In this document: one piece after another, positions 36,901 to 49,200 of the stretch | Position numbering within the stretch: the first letter of the stretch is position 1 | Layout of the letters: the number at the start of each line of letters is the position of its first letter | DNA from: Bugula neritina | Taxonomy: Eukaryota; Animalia; Bryozoa | Direction: 5' to 3' | DNA: 64,000 nucleotides | Assembly (NCBI GenBank): GCA_964035545.1 | Contig: OZ037768.1 | Coordinates: 6,108,741-6,172,740 of the forward strand | Notes under the pieces: generated by a model | Database searches by the model: none | Told to the model about the DNA's origin: nothing | What the model saw: the letters and a program-made list of their open reading frames with translations, nothing else | Program-made: the position numbers and the translations under genes

Positions 36901-39900
36901 TCTTTGTAAGCACAGAAACTCCTATATGTGAGACAATATTTTGTAAACTAGTGTGATGATTATAATGAATGCATAAATTAATGCTTCATCATTATAATTG
37001 CTATTGATGCTTCCATAAGTGTAGCTTCAAAGCTTAGATGAACTTAAAACATTAATGAAAAGTTCTATTTATATATCTCGATACTTCACAGTTTCTATTA
37101 AAACTCTTACTATTCACTTGGTGCTCAAGTCGGAGATACGACAGCTTTTTTAAAGATTAGCTTGCAAGGAATTCTTGTGGTTATATATTTCAGCTTTTCA
37201 CAATCTTTCTATATGTATTAAATGCTTACATCATATTTTTGCTATTCATAGGTAATAAATTTTATGCGAATCAGTTAATATTTGGAAGAAAAAAAATTAA
37301 ATGTTACTTTTAGTATTTGCCTCGAAAAGGTTTTCCGATGATATTTCATCGAATTGATGGCCGTGAAGAGCAGGAAGAAAGCAGTCCTTCATGGTTTAAT
37401 CGGCTGGAAGTAGTGGAGGTTAAGAAGTATGTGGAGAAGTTGCTGTTTGAACATCCTAGACATGAACCTGAAGATATTGGAATCATTTCCCCATACATTC
37501 TGCAGGCAAGTCACTAAACCATAGTGCTGAATATTTTATGTGTAAATTGACTACATTGAAATAACATTACATTTGGTTTCTTTTAGTAGCCAATTTCCAC
37601 ACTATTGTATTAACATTTTGGCAGCTGACTCTTTTAACTTATCAATAATAGTATTCTGTTCTTCCAACCTTGTTTATTAGTGCAGCAATCAAATCTAAAG
37701 CCAGACAAATTGTAGCTACTTGGTTGCTGGGAATCTAGTTGGTGTATAGTTAGATTAAAGTTACAAGAGGAGCTCATTGGCTATAAGACTTCATTACCAC
37801 CAGGTGTACACTGGCAAAAATCTAACCAATAAGAATACGGCTTGGCATTTTCTGCTATACTAGCGATAAAAATGACCAAATTACCTAATAATACATAATT
37901 TTTTCCAAATTTGCTGCCAAATTTACTTGGATAGTTTAAACAGGTTTATACAAACATTATTTAGCCATAGTGCTTTTGATATACATTTTAAAATGCTATT
38001 TGAGATTAATATGCTCTCACTAAATTCAATAATACTTCTGAGTAGGAGCACCTATAGTTTTGAGTATTAGCACATGAAATAAGTGGAACAATTTGCCTAT
38101 ACACCATTCAGACAACAAATTGAATTCAAATTTAAAAATAGAAATTGACATACTGATCATTCAAACACCTTGCTAAAATCAGAATGCTCCGGTCTAAAAA
38201 CAAATAGCTATGACATAGCAAAAAGTGAACGTTTTGCTCAATAACAGTGATGGGCACTTACTTATAGCTGTAGTGGGAACTATAGAGTTTAAGATCTTCT
38301 CTTATTACAGGTGAAAAAGATAAAACGGGCTCTTCGAGACATAAAAGATGAGCGATTAGAAGATATTAATGTTGACATAGAAGACATTACTGTTGGGTCT
38401 GTGGAGAAATTTCAAGGAAATGAAAGGAAGGTGATTATCATCAGCACTGTCAGGAGTCAGCCTGAACAAATGAAGATTGACCATAAGTTTAATCTTGGAT
38501 TTGTTAAAAGTCCTAAGGTAAACCTGTCAGTCTTAAATAATTTGTTAGATAGCTAGTTATTCTTATATATGATTGTAGAAATGTGCTGCATATGTGTGAT
38601 AACTGGGTGGGTGTACAGGACATTATGTTATAATGTTTATATTTTAAAATACTATTCATAAGGGTAATTGAGGTGTTGATATTATAACAAAGTTTGTGAC
38701 AAATAAAAAATTGGTTTATGTTTCAGAGGTTCAATGTGGCCATCACCAGAGCAAAAGCCCTCCTCATAGTAATTGGTAATCCAATAATTCTCTGTACAGA
38801 CGACAAGTGGAGGAGGTAGGTGCAGAGTTGTTTACAGCCTTGATATGTTTACACAAGTGTGAGAAGAGCTCAAAATTATATGCATTAATGTATAATATAT
38901 GCAACTAAACATTTAAGCAACTTATTTATTCAAGAGGAGTTCATGGCTTCACTGGTTAATTCTACTAGCACACCTTTTTATAGTTTGACTAAATTTCTTA
39001 AGTTAAGTTTGTGACTAAACCAGTCACATTAAACTTACGCTGAAGGAGCTTCCAAAAGGGTTTTTGCAATATATATGTCTGTAAATTATGTGTTTAGAAT
39101 AAAGTTAAGTTTAGAGTTGGGGGTTATTAAAGCCCCCGACTTCAAACTTCATAACCCCAAACTACTGCACTCAGTCACTCCCAACTAGGAGCTGCTTATA
39201 GAACAATTCCACTGGGTTATCTCTATAATACGGTACAATCAACTTGGCCTTTATTGTAAAAATAGCAACTAGATGTTTTGTGTGGCGACAGATAAGTTAC
39301 TGCTTTTGTGAACTATTTTATAGACTCATTCATCAAATTGTTTCCGGTGGTGGATATATTGGCATTCCTATTGACGAGCGTTTACTCCAAGATAATCAGG
39401 GGGAACAGATAACTGGAGACTTGGAAAATTTGGAGTTGTCTTTCCCAGAATATCATGCAGGTATAGGGTAACAGAGATGTAACTGGCTGCTTGCCATACT
39501 GAATACTACATGTAGTGATTGGTCCACTAACGACCACACAAGCAACGAGAGGTTGAAGAATTACTGGTGTTTTGTAGAATGTAGTTTAAATTTATTGATA
39601 AACACTTTAGTTCCACAAGCAACACAGTGAAGTCTGAAATTAGTGCAATTTATGCAGTTACAATATGTAAGATAAAAAAGGTACGATTATGTAATATAAT
39701 AATAACAAATATAAAAACATAAGAAGTAAAAGCAAGTAAGAATATTATGTAGGAATTATTCAAGTGGTAAGATGATAAAGTAATAACTAAAACTGCAGCT
39801 ACTGACCTTTTCGTTTCTCTCTCTTGATAAATATGATATTTTATCCTAGTATAATATTAAAACGTAATACAGAAAGAAGTAAGACCTATAAAAATCTTTC

Positions 39901-41455
39901 CATAATAAAATAATGCCTTTCTTCTCTTTACAAGCTAAAACCCTCTATAACTGAACAGAAAAGGCAGCATCTTATATACACCAGGATTTTAGGTAAACAT
40001 CGCACTTTCGCAACTACATCTGGCCAATCACATTGTGGCACATTGCCTCCACCTGACAGGACCATCCCCTGACAAGCATTGTGACACTATTGCATACCCT
40101 ACGAATGTGCTATTGTGCTATAAAAATTTCATTTCCTTGCTGCTATAATTGTATAGTGAGCTCAGTCAGCTATTTAATGATGACCTTTGACTGCTGTCAT
40201 GTGTAGTTCATTACACTGCAGAAAACCCAAAATACCCGAATAGTACAATTCATTTGTACAGAATAATTATTAGTATCAAACTTGGGTAACTTGCAAATAA
40301 ATTAGCTGCATCAAGTTCATTGCAAAGTTTGTATTGAATTTTCTATAAGAATTGGCTAAAAGTTACATTACCTATTCAACTGATTGATATACATGTATAC
40401 AGTTTCCATCTTCTTAAAAATTTTGCTTTCAAATTAGCCCTATGGCTAATATTGTCAGCTATTGGCATCAATCTATCATATTATAAAAACATCAATATGA
40501 GTGATCTCATTTCAATTACATGAATTCTTTAGAGGCTAAAATACTGTCGCTGGAAATATGAAGCCAATTATTAAACAAAGGTCATTTAAACTCTAGAAAG
40601 TAATCATTTAGGTTATATTTAAATGTAATGTTATATCGATTTTATAGAGATTTTAAATTTTTGGTTTTTTAAATGTCATAAAACTAATACACAAGGATGT
40701 ATAGTAGTGCATTTTTTGGTAGAAATTTATTTACCATGACAGACTGCAAAATTAAGGTATGTGCAGTTTAAAAATTTTTAGGCCAATATTGTAAGGAAAA
40801 ACATTGCAAAGAACATTACGTTCCCATAAAAATCACAAACTATATCCTCAACTATAATTATATAAAAAGTTCATAGTAAAATTTCTTCATTACTGCAGTC
40901 CACAGTGAATTGGCACAATGTGCATGCACATTACAACCTTCCTCAAAAAATGATTAATATACTTGTAGTAGTAGTCATTGTGTTAGTGGTAGTAGTGTTA
41001 GTGGTAGTAATGTTAGTGTTAGTGGTAGTAGTGTTAGTGATAGTAGTGGTAGTGGTAGTAGTGGTAGTAGTAGTGGTGGTGTTAGTACGTAGTAGTGTTA
41101 GTGGTAGTGGTAATAGTGGTAGTGGTAATAGTGGTGTTACTAGTAGTGGTGGTGTTAGTACGTAGTGTTAATAGTAGTAGTAGTTTATGAATCCTATAAC
41201 TAGCAATCAGTGGTAACATTTTAACTTACAGTAATTGTGCCTTTATACTTTATAGATATAAATATGCTGTAAACAATAAATTAATTGACAGCCTGTATAG
41301 ATTTGCTACAAATTTTATGATATATAATCTATATCATGTATATCATATGAATATAATTGCTGTATATTATTATATTACCTCTAGATGCTACAAGTACCAA
41401 TGAGATGAGTGATTATCTCCAGCACCAGGATGATGAATGGCTGAGAAACTATTAG
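27933..41455 (+). CDS. MOV10: MOV10-like SF1 RNA helicase, paralog B
   Basis: Exons 27933-28168, 30697-30961, 31376-31483, 31939-32116, 32311-32453, 33112-33300, 33725-33872, 34671-34826, 35749-35858, 36082-36272, 36552-36757, 37314-37505 (GC donor), 38311-38517, 38727-38815, 39324-39460, 41385-41455 (TAG). All helicase motifs intact. Candidate start ATG GG|gtaagt at 26065-26069, uncertain. Confidence 0.9.
28446..29775. mobile_element. Non-autonomous DNA transposon (Tc1/pogo-like), 1.3 kb
   Basis: TA|GGGAAGGGCAGGGCTATAGTTGAACC ... GGTTCAACTATCTCCACTCTCCCC|TA: imperfect TIRs, TA flanks, repeated subterminal GTTGAACC/GGTTCAAC motifs; no intact transposase ORF. Confidence 0.7.
32761..32917. mobile_element. 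~150-bp MITE (copy 2)
   Basis: CAGTGATGGAGAAAT...ATTTCTCTACTACTA; interior homologous to 12813-12961. Confidence 0.65.
36360..36496. mobile_element. ~140-bp MITE (copy 3, inverted)
   Basis: Reverse-complement similarity to 12813-12961 (CTTTTGCTACATT...CTAGAACACAGGCTTTT). Confidence 0.6.
39511..40215 (-). mobile_element. Solo LTR, about 705 bp, antisense in the last intron of MOV10-like B
   Basis: Termini TGTAGTGAT...TTCATTACA, near-perfect 5-bp TSD CTACA/CTGCA; read on the minus strand the order is CCAAT box (40024), TATATAAG (39978-39971), AATAAA (39596-39591). Confidence 0.55.
40965..41185. repeat. (GTA/GTG)n degenerate trinucleotide repeat
   Basis: Explains the spurious poly-Val ORF. 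Confidence 0.85.
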
Positions 41456-42387
41456 ATTGTTACTTTCTCCATTTAAAGCCCCTTTTATTATACTTTACTC
41501 TCTTTCATTTTGCTACAAAAACTATTTTTATAATAATTTTGAAGTGGACTTCTGTACACTTTGCTATAATTCTCAAATTTTTCCCCTTCAACATTTGCTC
41601 ATTTTTTATTTTATCTCTGTAAACCGATGTTTTAATTATAAAACAATATCAAACTATTTTTATAGATTTTTTAAAATTTCTTTTGCTGTGATCGTCTGCC
41701 ATTACACTTTCTATTTATTCTGTGTTTTCAAGATTATTTGGCTTTAATACACCTTTTCAAGAAAACTAATATTTTCACTATTCTGGCTATTAATAAAGTA
41801 TTAGTAGCATGTGGATTATGATTAAACAAATGAATTAATTGTTTTACTTTTATATTAAACGTGGGAATTTACTAAAATCAAAAAAGTTAATTTTATACTA
41901 CTAAGCACAATTCAGGATTTATATACAACAGCATAGTACGCAGATCAAGAGTAAATATACTGATAAATAAAGGGCATAACTATTAGCCATTGCATTGTTC
42001 ATCCAATGTCTACCATGCTACCTAGGGTTCCTAGAGACCCAGAATAAACGCTGGTTGATTGCTGGCACATGCAGCATATATTATATTAAGTATGTAGTAC
42101 ATACATGTATATATTAGACTGTAATATGCGCGTAGTATGTAAAGTACATATACTATATTTACACACACGTGCACGCAATGAACTCAAAATCTGATCCTTT
42201 CCAGTTCAGTGCGTGCAGGCGCATCTGGCCTGAGTTTACACGCTTTTAGAATGTGCGAATATCTGCAAAAATTTAAATACCTCGCTGCGACCCCCAAATA
42301 CCTTTCGTACGAGTTATCAAACCCACCATACTTTCACTGAATAATAAACGCTTGATTAAGCTTCAGGGTCACGTGTTCAACGACGAA

Positions 42388-42398
42388 GGGGATTTCCC
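42388..42398 (+). promoter_or_regulatory. NF-kB consensus site at the 5' end of MOV10-like C
   Basis: GGGGATTTCCC, preceded by E-box GTCACGTG (42368-42375), in a CpG-richer patch. Confidence 0.45.
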
Positions 42399-43219
42399 GA
42401 TATTGAAAAAGTATGAATTTTATTGATGGTACTTATATCCGTAATGCATCAAAGAGTAAAGATACTGTTGCAGATACATCACTCTGCCACAGAGGGAGCG
42501 CAGCATACAAAGTACATCATACTTCATAGCAGATCGCAAGCATACAAATCATCATGATTATTCGTCATATTGATATTTAATCTACTTTTTCGCATCCTGC
42601 AAAGTCAATCTCAATTTCATAGTGATACTCAGTCTAAAATGATAGCCGAAAATCATACTCATACTGATACTGATAGGGATACTGATACTCATACCGATAC
42701 TTCAAAATGATACTGATAGTGAAACTGAAAGTGCATGCGGTAGTCAATGTCATTACGATTATGATTATCACTTAAACTAGAAGTAAATATGAAAATCATA
42801 CTCCTAGCCATCCCGATAGACGTAGAGTGATGCTCATACTCATAGTGATACTGATACTCATACTGATAGCCATATCTAGAGTGATAGTCAAGAGGAAGAT
42901 AATTACTAATAGTAATACTAATAGTAATTCAAAAACTGATAGTAATTATTAAATCTAAATCAGTAAATGTAGTAGTACTTCTAATTGTCATTTGACTTTA
43001 AGTTTATTGTTTTTTATCTAAAATTAATATAAATATTTTGTAATACCGTTATCACAATGATTATAGATTGATGAAGTCATAAACTATTGCAACTCTAATA
43101 TTAATAAATACATTATAAATCAAACTGTCATTGGCCCTAGACTTTCATTACTAATTTCTTATTTAGGTTGAGTGAATATAAAAACACCGTAATCGTCTGC
43201 TCACTACTGGCTACTGGGC

Positions 43220-46200
43220 ATGGATGGAGATTGTGAATCGAGGTAAGCTGTTACTGTTTGCGTTATTACTTATATGTTATAGATATAGTAGTATATATGC
43301 ATAAAAAATTTTATGAAGTGTATGTTATGCATACTAATACTCATAACTTGCCTTTCATGTTTTTTTTACTAAAAATGTAGCTATTAGTAAATCAAAATAG
43401 GTAGCTATAAATTGGTAATATCAAGGTCGCAGATATTATTGGTTATTAAATTTGTCATCATAATGTGTTGTTTGTTTGTTTAAAGTATGAATGCTATGTA
43501 ATATAAAGTTATAAATATTAACATGTGTATACCTTTTGTAAACTATCATGCAATGCATTAATCCAATCATCTAAGACTGATGTATATTAACGCCTGCTAA
43601 AATTGGAGTAGCTCTTATAATGCACTTGTCTGATTAAGTTGTATGCAATATAATATTCTATGTAAAATGAAGATCAAAAACTGTGCTGCTGATTTATAAA
43701 TTAATTAAATTCTGCTGACCAGTTTAGTATAAGTTTTATATACCGCAGTAGTGAAAATGCTCATGGTCCTTTCTTTTCAATCTGGTCGTTGAAGTATTAA
43801 GTCAGCTATGTACTTGATATTTGGTAATGCACCTGATATTTTCTGCAATTTTCTTACCGTGCAGGTCTTTGGTTGAGATAATAGCCACCGGTGATGGGCA
43901 GGAGTGTTTGATTGACGTGAATGGAAGAGTGAACATCACTAGTAATGTTAATGTAACTCGGTGTGTTACTTACACAGTCATCAATCAAAGCAGCGAGTCC
44001 ATTCGATTTGTTTCCTACAGACATGGGTACAGACAGAACCAAGTTACTGTTGCAATATACGACCAGCACAATGTTAAAAATGGCAGAACATGTGAATTGG
44101 TTCCTTCAGGTATAGTTTGATATAAGCTAGAAAACTTAACTTTCCCAGTTGTTTTTGCTGAATTAGAAAACTGTCAACAACATTTGTCATGTGTAAAACT
44201 AACAGCAAAACAAAAGAAATCAATTTTGGTAACAATCTTGTAATGACAGAAAGCCTGGCTAAAGCTTTTAAAACAGCGGGAGATAAAAAAAATGTTGCAA
44301 ATGTGTAATATGCTGCATCACAAACACAAATGTGTTTTTATATGCAATATTGTGTGTGAAAATATATGACCTCAGCAAGCTCAGTAAAACTTAGCATTGT
44401 GTGTGATGTATTTTGATTGACTTCCAACCACCAGATACCTGTTGGGTGAAAATCAATCTCACCGGAAAAGAACTATGCGGAATAAATATACGAATAAGGT
44501 TCACACTGGCTACTTGCGATGAGCAACATTTTGATATTACAAGAGAAATCAACCTTGATTGTATTGTTGACGATGGAAGAAAGCGTTACCTGTTTTCTCA
44601 GCTGGCTCCCAACAACACCCCTGGTGCTGACGACGACGATGACGATGAAAATTTTGATGATCTACATTTGATAGAGTTTCCTGGATACCAGTAAGTATTA
44701 TCCTGCTACTATTGGGGCATTCTCACAAAAGCAATTTACCATTATAGGTTTGTCAATTAGGCAGCTCAAGTTTTTTATTAATATGGTAAAGGATTACAAG
44801 TGTCTATTATTTAAAGCAAGTTCACTTTGTCTTCTTTTGTCAGGCCTAATAAATGGGAGATTTTTTACCTCTTGATAAACATGGGAGACTTTGCCTCCGA
44901 ATTTTAATTTTTTTATTTAAAAAATAACTTTAAACTACCAGTAGCATTACCGTGTGTCGTAGTTAAGGAAGTAACTCTTTGGTTGTAGACTGTGAGTTAA
45001 TGAATATGACAAAACTTCAGCCATAATTCATAGTTACTTGAGGGTTTTCTACTATTTAAGAGCTGATCTTATCTTTATGCAAGAATGTCTTTCTGCTGCT
45101 GTTTTGAAACCATAAAATATTCCTGATTCCTGTTGTAATTTGAGTGAATGAAGAAGGAATGTATGATGTCATTTCCTGGTGGAGTCAAAATTTTCGCAAC
45201 CATCCTACTCAGCTTCCCAATATCGTAGAGTTTTATAAATTTAATATGATAATACTTCTCAATTAAACTTGAAAACGAAAACGAAATCACCCATTACTTC
45301 TATGCAGCTACTTGGGTTTCAGCAAGCTAACAATACATAAAGTGTAAAGACACTAAGGAGACATGGTTATTCTTACTCTTACATTTTAATTCAACAGCCC
45401 TGCTTATTTTCTTAGGGGCAGGTCTGAATCTGAAGGTGGATTAGAGCGAACTTTGTGGCTTGCTGAGTATCCTATTCCTGATTACGTCATGCAGATGATG
45501 ACTCACTTTATCGTCACCGGGGCTGTCAATATAGACTTTGTGCAGTAAGTCTGGCAAGATAGGTCTTGAAAACCCATGAAGTGATTAAACATGTGTAACA
45601 TCTTTTGTTTTGGAGTTTTTGCTTCTTAGGTTTGGCTAAAAGAGTGTTCCAACAATTGGGATTTGCATTGAAAGTTATTTAAATAAATTGGTTGTCAACA
45701 ATTATATAAAGAAACAAACTTCCTGTAAACTTAAATTAGTCAGCAAAAGATCAGCAAACTTAGAGCAAGACATTTACTTATTGTTTTATTTTACAGAGAC
45801 ACTCTGAACATTCGATATTTGAGCTACGATAACTATGACGAGTATTTCAATAGCATGTTATACTTAGAAGAAATTCAACTACAAAGAGATGTAAGGCATT
45901 ATACCATTCGGAATGGAACACTTTTCAAAGATCGTAATCCAGACAAAGAGGGCAACACTCGATTTAGAGCCGAGGTTAGTTTTAGGGCCGAGGTTAGTTC
46001 GCAATTCAAACTTTAAGCAGCATTAATTACTTATTCACATGTCCGCAGTAGTATAAAGATCCCTTAGCTACACTCTAAACATAATGTTGGAGTTGTGTGC
46101 TCAAGTATATTGATTTTATTCTTCATTTTGTTAATCCAAGTCTTCAATTGCTTCTACATGAGCTCAAATAGTTAGCAAAAGCTACCGCAGTTAGTAAGTT

Positions 46201-49200
46201 TGGCAAGTATAGCTTTTGCTATGGTTTTTGTTGCTCCTATAACTTTCAGACAGCATTTATAAGGTGTTTATTGGATTTTAGGTTATTTGTTTGCCATGGG
46301 TAGTTATTATTATAAATGTTATTTGTAACAAATGCTGTACTTGTATTGCAAGTTGCTAAATATTTATTTAAAATTATTTAATTGGCTGAAAGTTTCCCAA
46401 CTAAATTTACTGGTTGCAATATTACATGTCCGTTGTTTAAGGAGATCTAAAACCCTATAATGCAGATCATAATATGGTCTATGTATTTGTAGTAAATTTT
46501 GTTGTGAATAGTTATTTGGTATATTACCAAACAAAACTGTTTGTGACTTAGAATTTGTTTTGTAAATACCAATAAAATTTTGATACTATAATAATTGTAA
46601 TATTAATATTTGTTAATTTGAATTTAAAACAGTTTTGAGTTTTAATTAGTCATTTGCTTCCAGTTTTAAATTTTTATTATACTTTTTATCAAGATTAGTA
46701 AAATAAGAATTGAAAACAAGAGTTTCAAGAGGAAGCATTGGCCATTGTACCCTTTCAATTTGACTTTGCTGGTGTGTTCGCTTGTGTTTGTGAGAGACAG
46801 TAGATTGATAGCATTGGTGATAATATTTATATAAATACTTCATTCTTTATGGGTTAGCATAGATGTTTCTTGGAATTTTGAAGGAAACTTAATGTGTTCT
46901 TTTGCTTGGCAGCATGTATTGGCTGTGTTTAAAATCTGTTTATTTCAACAATTTTAAATGTGAAAAACATACAATTTTTCGCGTGTCCCCAGTTTATGGC
47001 CGTTTTTCAGTTTTTTCAGTCATTATCATTTTTAGAAAAATGATTTAAATGCATGCATACACACTTTTAGTAAATATCCAGTAAATATTGTGTATAGCCT
47101 TGCGTGTTGCATAAGATGAAGGCAGTTCAGTGGTAAATAAAGCATGCTGTTGTTTAGATACCAGGGCTGGCTGAAAAGAGACCTTCTGTGTTACGTGGAG
47201 ACAGGTTGCATGTCACGCCACTCCCTCCAGACGAGTTCAAATATGAAGGATTGGTGAATGATACGTCACAGAGTAATGCATACCTTGTGTTTGACCCAAG
47301 GTAGTCTGCATAAAATTAGTACTCCTATGTCAAATATAATTTTATTTTTAATTATATTTTATGGTTTGTTCTCGGTTCTACAATCTATTTTTACTGCATG
47401 AACTTAGAGAATTGTACTTCTTGTCTTGAGTGATTTAAGTTAGCCACAAAACTTATGTGTGTGTGTCTGTACACATGTTAATTATCAACAATATTTTTCT
47501 ATTCTAACCTAATATTTGGATGACTGGAAAGGAAATGATTGTTTTAATTAAGGTTTGAAGTAGATGTTGGAGATGTGTTTAATAAAGTGTTTAGAATAGA
47601 GTTCACAATTCAGCGCCTGTCACTCCGTCTAATGCACAGAGCTGTAGAGATCATGAAAGCTGACCAACAGTATGAAGACATCCTGTTTCCCCAGTCTTTC
47701 AATATAAGACCAATGAAACCATTAAACAGCTTTATTTTGGAGTGAGTATGATTGATATGTTTATATTTATTCTACTCCTTTCAGTCATTAGTAAATGAAA
47801 GGTCTAATCATTGATCTAATGCAGGGCACTGGATTAGGGCACTGTGTTACATCATTATAATATATATTACAGTTGTTTTGAGAAATCTATAGAGCGGAAT
47901 AGTGAGCAAGTGACCGCTGTCCGACACATTGTAGCAGGCTCTTCAAGGCCAGCTCCTTACATCATCTATGGCCCTCCTGGCACTGGAAAAACATTCACAC
48001 TGGTAGAAGCTATCAAACAGGTAGGTGCCATGTTGATGGTTTCTCCCAGAAGCAGCCATATTTAAAATTATCCGAGCTAATATGTGTTAAGTCTTGTAGA
48101 ATATAATCTTCTGTAATATTGACAATTGAAGCAGTGATTAAAATATACCACCACCTTTCTATTAGTCCTATTGTCTGTTTTTCTAATTTATTTATTTTTT
48201 TGTGCAAAACAAACACTTCCTTTACAGCAACCCAAATGTTCTATTTCACATCATGATGTTATTGTATGTTACAATTTTTTCAACAAAATGTTGGCTTTGA
48301 CTCTTACCAATATATTAACATACTTCATTTTTAAACCTTAAAGTTGATTATTTTATGTTAAATGATTCTTAGGTGTGTAAAGTTTATCCCAAGTCAAAAA
48401 TCTTAGTCTGTGCTCCTCAAAATGATGCGGCTGACATCATTGCGGAGCGTCTGCTAGACCACGTGTCTGAGAAGTCTATACTCAGATTCAATGCTGCTTC
48501 ACGAAATGCCCAGAGTATGAGTGAAGAGGTAACAAAGCAGGAGTTAGAATTGTCTTTTATATCTGATGCTCTCACAAATTGTATTTATTATAAATTTATG
48601 CATTAAGTTATATTATTTTCTAATGTTGAAATATTGCAGTATAATTAGTTTATTAAATAACAGCATTTTGTGCAACACCTCGAGGTTGGATAAATATAAA
48701 CAAACTACTTTTTGACATCATTTGCATTATGCCATTATACTAATTTAACAAGTGGGTAGAAAGTTTTGTTACTTTAGTTGTTTTTTTAATGGTTTGTAAT
48801 AATAATTGGTTTCAGTTCGGTCAAAACAAGACCTGTCCAATATATTATTTTTCGTAATAATGTCAATGTTTTTTTTGCTTATTGGAAGTTATTAAAAAGT
48901 AGGAAAATTCATTTAGTTCTTGCTTAAGTCTGCTGGGAATTTCTAATTGTTTCAAGCAAAGGCTTTTCAGACTATGAAGCCCACCATTACAAAGTGATAA
49001 GTTATTTTATGTAAGTAACTTCAACAATTGAACTCTGTGTTTGGATTTCTTTTCATAGATACTGAGGATTTCTAACTACAACCAAGTGTTGAACAGAGTT
49101 GTATTTTCACCTAAAAGTGAAATTGCAAAAAAGCAAATAGTGGTTTCTACTCTCACCAATAGTGGAAGGTTGGTTTAATTTTGCTTAGTCTAACTAAATG

